Origin: an uncultured virus (IMG/VR IMGVR_UViG_3300046507_000547)
Taxonomy: Duplodnaviria > Heunggongvirae > Uroviricota > Caudoviricetes
DNA length: 64,000 bases
Direction: 5' to 3' (one strand)
IMG/VR virus record: IMGVR_UViG_3300046507_000547
Under the pieces are notes generated by a model. That model was not told where the DNA came from. It was given only the letters and a program-made list of their open reading frames with translations, and did no database searches. Shown one piece after another: positions 27,815 through 36,723 of this stretch (its first letter is position 1; each line of letters begins with the position of its first letter). Made by a program: the position numbers and the translations under genes.

Positions 27815-29197
27815 ATGACTGCCAGTCCGCCGAAGGTGAACGGCCACACCCGGCCGCCTGCCCCGCTTGTGTTGGGGGACTGGCAGCCCATAGTGGCCAC
27901 CCCCACCCAGGCCGAAACCCCGACACCCCCCACCCCCGAGCCGACCGTCGAGTCCGACGTGGTCGCCCAGGCCAAGGCCGAGGCCATCCGCGCCGAAGCG
28001 TGGGCCAAGTCCGAAGAGCAGCGCATCGCCGCCGAAGCCGACGCCGAGGGGCGCCGCATCAAGGCGGAGGCCGACGCGAAGGCCACGGTCATCAAGGCCG
28101 AGGAGGATGCGCGCAAGCAGCGCATCGCCAACGACCGGGCCGAGGCCCGCTTCGAGGAAGAGCAGGCCGCCCGCGACGCCCGCATCGCCAAGTCCAATAA
28201 GGAGCGCAAGGAGACCGAGCGCGCGGAAGCCGACGCCGCCGTGCAGGACAAGATCGACAAGAAGGCCGCGGCGGAGTCCGCGAAGGTCGTCGCCAAGGCC
28301 GACAAGAAGTGGCGCGGCTGGGCCATCGCCTTCTACACCCTGTGCGCCACGGTCGCCCTCCCCGTCCAGATCTCCGCGTTCTGGAACCCGAACAAGCCGT
28401 GGATGGCCGGCGCCCCCGTCCTGCTGGAGATCGCGGCACTCGTCGTCGCGTTCGGTACGGCCGCGGCGGTGGCGAACCAGCGCCCGCACTGGCACTTCCG
28501 CCTGATCACCTGGGTGCTCGCGTTCATCGCCGCCAGCGTGAACTTCGGGCACGGCATCACCGAGTTCGACCTCGCGACCGCCATCGGTACCGCACTCGCC
28601 TCCATTTTCGGCCCTGGCGTGTGGGACCTGCACGAGCACGGCCGGATCCGCAAGCGCGACGGCATCCTGACGCGCCGCGAGCGCAAGGCGGCCAAGAAGG
28701 AAGCCGAGCAAATCGCCAAGGAGAAGGCCGCCGCGGAGGCGTCTCGCAAGGCCGAGAAGGAAGCCACCGACAAGGCCGCGGCCGAGGCGGCGAAGCAGCT
28801 CGCGGAGACTCGCGCCAAGGAGTTCCCGAAGGTGTGGGAGCACGCGCGAAAGCTGGCCGCAGACCTCGGCGAGACGACCATCACCGAGGCCATCTGGAAG
28901 CGCGCCAAACTCGACGTCGACGGGGCGCTCCCGGGTGAGTCGGCGGAGATCTTCCGCATGCGGAACGTAGCCCAGGCGCGCGTCGAATCTGCGCGCACCG
29001 GCGCCCCCGTCAACACCCTCAGCAAGACCACGAACGCGCAGCGTGCTGCTCAAATGCCCCCCGGTCCGAACCGGGTGCTGAAGACGCGAGCCACGCGCCG
29101 TCCCGGAGACACCCCGAAGTACGCGGGAGCCGCCCGGAAGCAGGCTGCCATCGCCGCCAAGAACGCCGCCAAGAACTCCCGCCCGAGCGACAACTAA
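27815..29197 (+). CDS. SpdB2/DUF2637-like membrane spread protein
   Basis: long N-terminal coiled coil, about 4 TM helices, C-terminal coiled coil; upstream of the TraB-like gene. Confidence 0.65.
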   Translation: MTASPPKVNGHTRPPAPLVLGDWQPIVATPTQAETPTPPTPEPTVESDVVAQAKAEAIRAEAWAKSEEQRIAAEADAEGRRIKAEADAKATVIKAEEDARKQRIANDRAEARFEEEQAARDARIAKSNKERKETERAEADAAVQDKIDKKAAAESAKVVAKADKKWRGWAIAFYTLCATVALPVQISAFWNPNKPWMAGAPVLLEIAALVVAFGTAAAVANQRPHWHFRLITWVLAFIAASVNFGHGITEFDLATAIGTALASIFGPGVWDLHEHGRIRKRDGILTRRERKAAKKEAEQIAKEKAAAEASRKAEKEATDKAAAEAAKQLAETRAKEFPKVWEHARKLAADLGETTITEAIWKRAKLDVDGALPGESAEIFRMRNVAQARVESARTGAPVNTLSKTTNAQRAAQMPPGPNRVLKTRATRRPGDTPKYAGAARKQAAIAAKNAAKNSRPSDN

Positions 29198-29220
29198 CCC
29201 ACCCCTCAGGAGAGATCGTC

Positions 29221-29814
29221 ATGAACCCGACCATTCGCCGGATCGCCGTCTCGGGCAGCGCGGCCGTAGCCCTCCTCGGAGGCGCCGCCGCCATCACCAC
29301 CGCGACCGCGCCGTCCACGCCCGCCGCCGAAATGCAGACCGTCATCGATCGGGCCACCGGCGCTCCGGTGAACATGCCGGACGGCCGCGTCGTCCACGTC
29401 CGCGGCATGGACGCCGCCGCCTACAAGGCCAGCCCCGAGCAGCACTCCGTGATCGTCCAGGCCGCCGCCAAGGCGGACACCACCGACCCGGCCGGTATCA
29501 CCACCGGGCTCACCGCCGACGGCGGGCAGGGCGCCGCCATCCAGAACCCCGTCACCGGCCAGCAGACCGGCTACAACCAGCAGATCACCACTCAGTCTGG
29601 TGGCGGCGTTGCGATCGGCGCGGGCGCCTTCGCGATGGTCGTGCTCGGACTGGTCGTCTTCTTCAAGATCAAGCACGGCAGCATCAAGGTCGGCGACGCC
29701 GTCCTCGTCGCATTCCTCGGTGTAGCGCTCAGCGGAACGGTCTTCGGCGTACTCGCCGGCAACCTCACCAACTCTGGCGCCACCACCGTCGGCAATCTCG
29801 TCAGCGGCCTCTGA
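29221..29814 (+). CDS. exported/membrane protein, Spd-like
   Basis: signal peptide plus two C-terminal hydrophobic helices (IKVGDAVLVAFLGVAL). Confidence 0.65.
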   Translation: MNPTIRRIAVSGSAAVALLGGAAAITTATAPSTPAAEMQTVIDRATGAPVNMPDGRVVHVRGMDAAAYKASPEQHSVIVQAAAKADTTDPAGITTGLTADGGQGAAIQNPVTGQQTGYNQQITTQSGGGVAIGAGAFAMVVLGLVVFFKIKHGSIKVGDAVLVAFLGVALSGTVFGVLAGNLTNSGATTVGNLVSGL

Positions 29815-29871
29815 TCCCCCGGGGCCCGCACCCGCGGGCCCCTCCGCCCCTCACTGAAAGGACTGCGGCCA

Positions 29872-32109
29872 GTGGCCACCGAAACTCACCAGCCCGACGA
29901 GAACATCAAGGCGCCCAGCGCGGACGCCGGGCGCTGGGACACGCACAAGGCGAAGGCCAAGTCCGCCTACGGCCAGCAGAAGCAGAACGCCTGGAAGCGG
30001 CTCGACGCCTTCTTCACCACCGCCGACATCGACGACCACCGCCTCGCAGAACAGGTCGTCGAAGCCAAGCGGCGCAAAGCACAGCAGCAGGACGACCACC
30101 TGCTGCGCGAGGTCGCCAGCATCAACGGCAGGCTCGCCAACGCCCGCGTTCACGCGGCCCAGCAGGGCAAGGAGACCACCCCGCAGGTAGAGCGGATTCG
30201 CGGAGAACTCGCCGCGGCGCAGGCCCGCGTCGAGACCCGAGCGGCCGAGGGCCCGTTGATCGCCGTCGTGCCCCCGACCCACAAGGAAGTTGACCGCGCC
30301 CGCTGGACGAAGAAGGCCACCCGCGTCGCAGCAGTTTTGGCCGGCGGCTACGGCTACCTGCAGGGCATCTTCGTCGAGCCCGGACTAATCCTCCTTTCCA
30401 TCCCCGCCGCGGGCTTCGGCTGGTGGTACCTGTCCCGCCCGCACGTCGAGGAGCCCGCGGAGACCGAGGTCCCTTTCGGTCTGACCCCGGCCAGCCTGCC
30501 CGCCACGTTCCAGGCGGATCCGGCCGGGGAAGCGACGCCGATCGTCGGCGGGAACGTCGTCATGTCCGTCGAGCAGCTGCCCGAAGGCGCCAAGCCGTTC
30601 CCGATTCGGGGAGCGCGCACCCCTGACCAGCTCGCCCAGTGCGTGCTGCTGGCCGCAAAGTCCGAGAGCGTGCCGATCGTCGAGGTGTCGGACGTGCGAC
30701 GGCAGCCGTGGGGCTGGCAGTGCGTTGTCCGCGTAAGCGAAGGCACCCCCGAAGCGCTCATTACGAAGAGCGGCGACCTTGAGACCCGCTTCGACCTGCC
30801 CACCAATGGGGTCCGGCCGCAGCCGATCAAGGCCCGGCGGGCGTGCGCCATCCTGCGCCTGGTCGACGGCGACCCGTTCGCCACCGCCCCCGGTCTGTCG
30901 TACCGCGCCCCCAAGTCGATGTCGATCACCGACAAGTTCCGCATCGGCACATCCGTCGGCGGCGACCCACTGGAGCTGTCCCTGGCCGGCGTGATGGGCC
31001 TGTGGGTGGCAGCCTCAGGGGGCGGCAAGACGGGCATCCTTCAGGCGCTCGCCGAGGGAACGGCCGCCTGCTATGACAACATCACCATCGACCTCGACCC
31101 GCACGGTGACGGACTGGAGGATCTCGGCGACTGCGTGCGGATCACCGCGCGGACCAATGAGCAGATCGAGGCCGTACTGCTGTTCTTCCTGGTCATGTCG
31201 AAGGCGCGCGCTCGTCTGCGGCAGAAGCTGGGCATGGGTAAGAAGTGGAAGGCCAGCGCCAAGCACCCCGCGGTCACGATCTTCTTTGACGAGTTCCCGA
31301 AGGCCACCGACCTTGCGAAGAAGCTGGCGTTCGACCTGCTGCTCGTCGGCCGCAAGGAGCTCATTGAGGTGGAGATCGCCTCGCAGGGTGGGCAGAAGGG
31401 GTATCTCGGCGAGAACTTCGCGCAGATGGTCGCCTTGAAGGCCGTTGGCCCGTGCAAGGTCGGCGACACTCGCGCCGTGTTCGGCGACGGCTCCGTCAAC
31501 GAGGGCTACCTGCCGCACAAACTGTCCCCGGCCACCGACACCGACCCCAAGGACGCCGGCCACATCTACCTTCAGGGCGTTCCCGGCCGACCCGACGAGC
31601 CGATCGAGTACGCCATCCACGAGACGCCGTCGGCGACCCTGCGGAAGCTCGCCGAGGAGCGCCTCGAAGCCGGTCTGGTCGAGCCCGACCAGGACAGTCT
31701 CGACGCGATGCGCGGCGTGGACCTGCCCGAATATGTCGAGGCCACCTACGACAACGACGGCAACATCAAGAAGGACGCCCCGGTCGAACTCCTCACCTGG
31801 GATCAGCTGCTGCGACTGTGTGGCGCCCAGCCTATTGAGCGCGGACCGCTCGAGGACGGGGCTCCTAGGCGGGCGGTCGAGGATTCAGTCGCGGTCATGG
31901 AGAAGGCGGACGTCGACCGGATGAAGACCGAGACGCTCCTCGCCGCCGTGCAGGAGTACGACCTTGACGTCTACGGCCTGATGACGGCCGAGGAGTTCAA
32001 GGCGCTGATGAAGAAGGCCGGCGCCGGGGCCCCGATCACGCTCGGTCCGATCGGCGAGGAGAAGAGTCCGCGCGGCTTCAAGCGTGATCGGCTCCGCCAC
32101 CTGCTGTGA
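29872..32109 (+). CDS. FtsK/SpoIIIE-family DNA translocase, TraB-like conjugal transfer protein
   Basis: two TM segments, Walker A AASGGGKT, Walker B IFFDE, LVGRK..SQ, C-terminal wHTH-like domain; followed by an 8-bp repeat array. Confidence 0.8.
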   Translation: MATETHQPDENIKAPSADAGRWDTHKAKAKSAYGQQKQNAWKRLDAFFTTADIDDHRLAEQVVEAKRRKAQQQDDHLLREVASINGRLANARVHAAQQGKETTPQVERIRGELAAAQARVETRAAEGPLIAVVPPTHKEVDRARWTKKATRVAAVLAGGYGYLQGIFVEPGLILLSIPAAGFGWWYLSRPHVEEPAETEVPFGLTPASLPATFQADPAGEATPIVGGNVVMSVEQLPEGAKPFPIRGARTPDQLAQCVLLAAKSESVPIVEVSDVRRQPWGWQCVVRVSEGTPEALITKSGDLETRFDLPTNGVRPQPIKARRACAILRLVDGDPFATAPGLSYRAPKSMSITDKFRIGTSVGGDPLELSLAGVMGLWVAASGGGKTGILQALAEGTAACYDNITIDLDPHGDGLEDLGDCVRITARTNEQIEAVLLFFLVMSKARARLRQKLGMGKKWKASAKHPAVTIFFDEFPKATDLAKKLAFDLLLVGRKELIEVEIASQGGQKGYLGENFAQMVALKAVGPCKVGDTRAVFGDGSVNEGYLPHKLSPATDTDPKDAGHIYLQGVPGRPDEPIEYAIHETPSATLRKLAEERLEAGLVEPDQDSLDAMRGVDLPEYVEATYDNDGNIKKDAPVELLTWDQLLRLCGAQPIERGPLEDGAPRRAVEDSVAVMEKADVDRMKTETLLAAVQEYDLDVYGLMTAEEFKALMKKAGAGAPITLGPIGEEKSPRGFKRDRLRHLL

Positions 32110-32131
32110 CCGGTACGCGAACTATGTACCC

Positions 32132-32300
32132 CTGATCAGGGCCTGCTCAGCTCTGCTCACGCCGCAAAGCCGCAGGTCACAGCTGCTCAGCCTACTGCTC
32201 AGGGCCTGCTCAACGACTGCTCTGAGCAGCGTGTGAGCAGCTCCCTGAGCAGCCCTGACCTGCACGTTTACCCGCTGAGCAGGCCTGAGCAGTAAGAGCA
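32132..32300. repeat. clt-like locus: mirror-symmetric array of CTGCTCAG 8-mers
   Basis: forward copies (some with 1-2 mismatches) start at 32143, 32153, 32183, 32195, 32206, 32217; reverse copies end at 32229, 32240, 32252, 32282, 32292. Confidence 0.8.
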
Positions 32301-32329
32301 AACCCCAACAAACCGAACGGAACCCCTCC

Positions 32330-32515
32330 ATGCCCCAGAACCTGCACCACCAGATCATCACCGCCTACGAGCGCACCGTCGAGCCCTACATGGCCCGCGG
32401 CGACAAGAAGGCGGCGGCCCGCGGGATCCAGGCCCTCGTCAACCGGTACGGAACCGACGCCGTCGAGACGGCCCTCGAAGACCTGGTCCTCCAGTACGAG
32501 CTCAAGGGCCTCTAA
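32330..32515 (+). CDS. hypothetical protein
   Basis: ORF, high GC3. Confidence 0.6.
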   Translation: MPQNLHHQIITAYERTVEPYMARGDKKAAARGIQALVNRYGTDAVETALEDLVLQYELKGL

Positions 32516-32538
32516 CCCCAACCCGAAGGAGATCTGCC

Positions 32539-32940
32539 ATGCCCAAGACCTGGAGTCCTGGCGACGCGAAGAGGTTCGCGCGTCAGGTACAGCTCGGCAA
32601 GACCTACTACACGGTCAACGCGCACGCCCGGAACCTCGGCGCCTACGAGGACACCCACACCTACAGCGAGCATGTCTTCGACTCCCGGCGCCCGTTCACC
32701 GGCACCCCGTGCTCCGGTGCGGTCGACGCGGTCACCCTGTGCCAGCGCTTCGGCCCCGTGTACGAGCAGCCGCCCCGCGGCCTCCGCAACCTCGCCGGGC
32801 CCGCCCCACAGGTTGCGAGCCCTCTCGGCGACAACTACGACGCGCCCCTCGACGAGCTCGAACTTCGCGGCTTGGAGAAGCACGTCGGCCAGACCCTGAG
32901 CCCCCGCCAGCGCCGCGCCCTCAACGCCCGACGCCCGTAA
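32539..32940 (+). CDS. hypothetical protein
   Basis: AAGGAG SD. Confidence 0.7.
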   Translation: MPKTWSPGDAKRFARQVQLGKTYYTVNAHARNLGAYEDTHTYSEHVFDSRRPFTGTPCSGAVDAVTLCQRFGPVYEQPPRGLRNLAGPAPQVASPLGDNYDAPLDELELRGLEKHVGQTLSPRQRRALNARRP

Positions 32941-32949
32941 GGAGAACCC

Positions 32950-33102
32950 GTGAACTTCATTCGCTACCGCGTCGAGGGCCCCGACGGCGAGTTCCTCGAC
33001 GAGTTCAGCACCAACGCCCCGGACTTCGCCAAGGAGCGCATCGATCGCATCCGGAAGTACGTGCCCGGCCTCACGGTCACCGAGAAGCCGGACAACCGCT
33101 AG
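32950..33102 (+). CDS. small hypothetical protein
   Basis: AAGGAG SD plus GTG. Confidence 0.55.
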   Translation: MNFIRYRVEGPDGEFLDEFSTNAPDFAKERIDRIRKYVPGLTVTEKPDNR

Positions 33103-33190
33103 TTCAGCCGGGGCGCCCCTCGAATGCCTGGAAGCGACCAGGGGCGCCCCTCCACCCACCACACGCGAACGCGCAGAAGGGCACGCAGAT

Positions 33191-33703
33191 ATGACCACGC
33201 TCGCCCCCGTGCAGGCAAGCCCGCCCGCCACCGTCACCCCGGTCGAACTCGACCTCGACGCGCGGATGGCGCTCACCCTCGCCGAAATGGACGGACGCTG
33301 CACCACCGCCGTCCTCGCCGTCGACATCAACAGCGCCCACATCGCCACCGACACCCACGAGATCACGGCGCCCCTGCCGCTCACCCCCACCCTGGCGCCC
33401 AACCCATACCGGACGCCGATCGCCGGCCTGCTCCACCGGGCACGCAACCGGATCGTCGCCGACGGATGGTGCCGCGACGCCCTCCACGACGACCAAGGCG
33501 CCATCTGCCCGATCCGGGCCATCCGCCTCGAAGCCGCCAGCAGGCGTGAAGCCGATGACGCCTGCGTGACCCTCCTCGAATCCATCCAGCGTCACTGGCA
33601 GGCGGAGACGATCCCGTCCTGGAACGCCGCCCAGACCAGCGCCGCGCCCGTGCTGCTCGCCTTCGACCGCGCCGCCGAACTCGCCCACAACCGCAGCCTC
33701 TAA
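33191..33703 (+). CDS. hypothetical protein
   Basis: GWCR..L....GAICPI.AI...IPSWN motif. Confidence 0.7.
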   Translation: MTTLAPVQASPPATVTPVELDLDARMALTLAEMDGRCTTAVLAVDINSAHIATDTHEITAPLPLTPTLAPNPYRTPIAGLLHRARNRIVADGWCRDALHDDQGAICPIRAIRLEAASRREADDACVTLLESIQRHWQAETIPSWNAAQTSAAPVLLAFDRAAELAHNRSL

Positions 33704-33718
33704 CCCGAAAGGATCCGC

Positions 33719-34021
33719 ATGGGAATCAGCATCAGCCACGGCGTCCCCTCCACCCGGTCCGCCCTCACCATCAGCAATCTCGGCCAGCACCTCGCCCACG
33801 CCCTCACCGGCAGCGAATGGCGGGAGCTCGCCCACCTCTTCGACGGTCGCCTCTACACCCCGGTGCACACGCCGCCCGCCGAAGCCGGACGCATCGGCGA
33901 CCTCCTCCACAAAGCCGCTGGACACCGCGCCATGGAACCCGGCTGGGGAGACCTCGCGGTGCTCCTCGGCGACTCCGCCAACCGGGCAGCCCGCGCCGGC
34001 CAGACGTGGGAATGGAGCTGA
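33719..34021 (+). CDS. hypothetical protein
   Basis: AAAGGA SD; MGISISHG...AARAGQTWEWS. Confidence 0.7.
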   Translation: MGISISHGVPSTRSALTISNLGQHLAHALTGSEWRELAHLFDGRLYTPVHTPPAEAGRIGDLLHKAAGHRAMEPGWGDLAVLLGDSANRAARAGQTWEWS

Positions 34022-34219
34022 TGTCCGACGTCGACCAGCGCAACGTCCACAGCAGCACCCGCGGCGTGTGGGCCAAGACCAACAACCGGCAGTAGGAGGA
34101 GCGCCCCGGCCGATCCGGCTGGGGGCGTTCTGCTCGATCCGGCGGAATATCCGGCATCCCGCCGCCCACCAGCATCAACCGCCGATAGCCTGCCGACACC
34201 GCACATCCCTGGGGGGACC

Positions 34220-34582
34220 ATGACGAACGACCTGCCGCCGATGCCCGACACCCCGCCGCTGCCCGCGCACGCACCGAAGCCCGCCGGGAAGAAGCGCCGC
34301 ACCCTGATCGTCGCCGCCGTCCTGGCGGTCGCCCTCGCTATCGGCGGAACCGTCTACTGGATCAGCCGGCCGTCCTACGACGAGATCGTGAAGGGCTGTC
34401 AGAAGGCGCTCGCCGTGCAGTCGAAGGCTGGCGGGAAGGGCAAGCCGTCCGCCTGTAATGACGTGAAGAAGGACGACTATGACGCGCTCGTTATCGCCAG
34501 CGTGATCGACGGCATGTCCAAGAAGGATCGGGACCTGCTCGACTACTACGACGACGGTTCGATCGACGGCAGTATCGGCTGA
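34220..34582 (+). CDS. membrane-anchored exported protein (moron-like)
   Basis: TM helix, then a Cys pair (KGC...PSAC); flanked by hairpins. Confidence 0.7.
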   Translation: MTNDLPPMPDTPPLPAHAPKPAGKKRRTLIVAAVLAVALAIGGTVYWISRPSYDEIVKGCQKALAVQSKAGGKGKPSACNDVKKDDYDALVIASVIDGMSKKDRDLLDYYDDGSIDGSIG

Positions 34583-34630
34583 CGGATTGCAGCGAGGGCC
34601 CGCTCCCGGATATCGGGGGCGGGCCCTTCG

Positions 34631-34819
34631 TCATGCAGTGGGTTCCGCGGCCGGGGCCTTCGTTGTGCGGGCGGGGACGGCGCGGGCGACCCAGTCGCGA
34701 CCGGCCGCGTCCGTCGGGCTCGTCACCGGTACCGCCCCCATGCGCTCGCAGATCAGGTCCAGTTCCCGCTGGCAGGAGGCCTCGCTCTTCGCGCGCACCA
34801 TGTAGACGACGTCGCTCAT
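34631..34819 (-). CDS. hypothetical protein
   Basis: reverse ORF ending at a bidirectional hairpin. Confidence 0.6.
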   Translation of the reverse strand: MSDVVYMVRAKSEASCQRELDLICERMGAVPVTSPTDAAGRDWVARAVPARTTKAPAAEPTA

Positions 34820-34873
34820 ACCCGCAGTGTGCCCGGGGTGGTGGGGGAGGAGGGGTGGAATGCGGGAAGCGGG

Positions 34874-35152
34874 CTACTCGGTCTCGGGCAGCGCCGCCTT
34901 GCGGGCACGGAGGCGCTCGGCGCGCTCCTGGTAGCGGGGGTCGACGGGCACGTCGGCCTTCCGTGCCTTGCGGCGGAACACCTCGGGGAGCATTCCGGTC
35001 TCGGCCGCGAGATGGGCGATGGTCGCACCGTTGGCGAGGTCTTCCTCCGCCATGGCGTCGACGAGCGGCTTCAGTTCTTTGACGGTTGCGTGCGCCTTGC
35101 GATAGCGGGCGTAGATCTCGGCTCGTTTCTGCGGCTCGGCAGGGGTGTCCAT
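34874..35152 (-). CDS. HTH regulator
   Basis: GATIAHLAAETGMLPEVFRRKAR; divergent from 35298 across a palindromic region. Confidence 0.65.
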   Translation of the reverse strand: MDTPAEPQKRAEIYARYRKAHATVKELKPLVDAMAEEDLANGATIAHLAAETGMLPEVFRRKARKADVPVDPRYQERAERLRARKAALPETE

Positions 35153-35297
35153 GGGGCCATGTTCGCACGGCGGTAGCACTACGGATAGTGCACCGCGTAG
35201 CCCTACGCAAAGAATCATGGAGCGCTACGCGTAGGGCTATTGCATCACTACGTGTAGGGGTGGATGATGGAGTCATCGCCAAGCAGGGGAGACGGAA

Positions 35298-35663
35298 ATG
35301 AACGCAGGTCAGCGGGTCACCGGATACATCACGAACCGCGACCTCGGGCGCGTCGACTTCGCTGGCACCGTCACCGACACCTACCGCTCCGGCTCCGACA
35401 CCCTGCTCACCGTCGCCTGCGACGACGGCCAAGAGCGCACCGCCCGCGAGGAGAACATCCAGACAGTGCCGACTCCCAAGCTCACCCCGAAGATGCAGGA
35501 CGCCCTGGAGAAGATCCTGGCGAACGGCGGACGAGTCGGAAACGGTCTGCGCGCCTACGCCGCACTCGGCGTCAACGCCCACTCCGTCCGCGGCCTTGAG
35601 GACCGCGGGCTGCTGAAGCACCGCTACGAGGACGGGATCAGCTGGCTCTACATCGCCGCCTGA
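35298..35663 (+). CDS. hypothetical protein
   Basis: GGGGAG SD; upstream TTGCAT-N17-GATGAT. Confidence 0.7.
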   Translation: MNAGQRVTGYITNRDLGRVDFAGTVTDTYRSGSDTLLTVACDDGQERTAREENIQTVPTPKLTPKMQDALEKILANGGRVGNGLRAYAALGVNAHSVRGLEDRGLLKHRYEDGISWLYIAA

Positions 35664-35769
35664 CCCGCCCCGCCCGGCCTTTCGGGGCCGGGCTTCACCA
35701 CCGAACCACCGCAAGCCTGCCTACCGCATCGTGGCCCCGCGCCTCGCGCCCGCCGCCTAGGAGATCGCC

Positions 35770-36099
35770 ATGCCCGCCCCATTCACCCAGGCCGCCGGCG
35801 GATTCGTCATCACCCGTCGCCTCACAGACGGCCGCACCCTCATCGAGGGCTTCGTCCTCGACGAGACGCCCTTCGACCGCGGCGCCCCTCATCACGCGAT
35901 CGTCTACAGCCAGATCGCCGCCACCGAGGAAGAGGCTGTGGGTCTGGTCGACGAGTTCGTGAGCGACCTCGTCGCTCCCCTCACCTCCGCGACGGTGATC
36001 GGCATCGACGACGACGCCAGCCTCGCCCTCCCCGACTACTGGGTCGACCGCGACCGGGGCGGCGAATACGGCGACCCGTCCGACCACTACTACTGCTGA
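35770..36099 (+). CDS. hypothetical acidic protein
   Basis: AGGAG SD. Confidence 0.65.
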   Translation: MPAPFTQAAGGFVITRRLTDGRTLIEGFVLDETPFDRGAPHHAIVYSQIAATEEEAVGLVDEFVSDLVAPLTSATVIGIDDDASLALPDYWVDRDRGGEYGDPSDHYYC

Positions 36100-36108
36100 G
36101 GAATCCCC

Positions 36109-36279
36109 ATGCAGGTGATCAAAGTTGCCGACGACGGCATCGTCACCATCGAACTCACCGCCCGCGACGTGCGAGACGTCCACCGCGACCTGGAAGAGAT
36201 CCCCTGGCCTGACCTGTCGCTGGCCAGCCAGAACCTGCGGCGACACCTCGAGGCGCTGCAGGCTGGAGGCAGGGCGTGA
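36109..36279 (+). CDS. small hypothetical protein
   Basis: GAGGA SD. Confidence 0.5.
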   Translation: MQVIKVADDGIVTIELTARDVRDVHRDLEEIPWPDLSLASQNLRRHLEALQAGGRA

Positions 36280-36590
36280 GCGCCCGCCGACCCATGTCCG
36301 CGAAGCGCGCCGCCGCCATCATCGGCGGCGCGCAGCTCGTCAAAGCGCCCGACTGGCGAGACACCCGCCACTGGCACGTCGTATCCGGCGGGAACGTCCT
36401 CGTCACCATCGCCCCCTCCTACGGCGGGGTCTCCCGCAGCGGGCGGAACGGCTGGCAGTGGTGGATCGCCGACCTCGGCCCCGGCATCGGACCCGCCGTC
36501 GGCAGCCGACCCGAAACCACCCGCGAGCAGGCCGCCGTCGCCGGACTCGCCGCCTGGCAGCGCTGGGCCACCACCGCGGACCGCCGATGA
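36276..36590 (+). CDS. hypothetical protein
   Basis: GTGA-coupled. Confidence 0.6.
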   Translation: MSARRPMSAKRAAAIIGGAQLVKAPDWRDTRHWHVVSGGNVLVTIAPSYGGVSRSGRNGWQWWIADLGPGIGPAVGSRPETTREQAAVAGLAAWQRWATTADRR

Positions 36591-36723
36591 ACCGCACCGC
36601 ATAGGGCCCGCCTCAGTCTGGGGCGGGCCTTCGCTATGCCATCTCCCCGCCGTGTCAACCCTCTCGTGCACAATTGGCTCAGTAGTGCCCACGCTTCCCG
36701 TACCACCGCCGAGGAGCCGCACC

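Noticed and set aside
32132..32300. CRISPR array or simple terminator
   Set aside because: Units are only 8 bp with 2-22 bp spacers and flip orientation; there are no cas genes; the spacers do not pair as a clean hairpin.
22300..34600. Independent AICE or plasmid inserted in the prophage
   Set aside because: No integrase, Rep or flanking direct repeats were seen by eye. A decayed insertion is not excluded, but the ORFs look intact.
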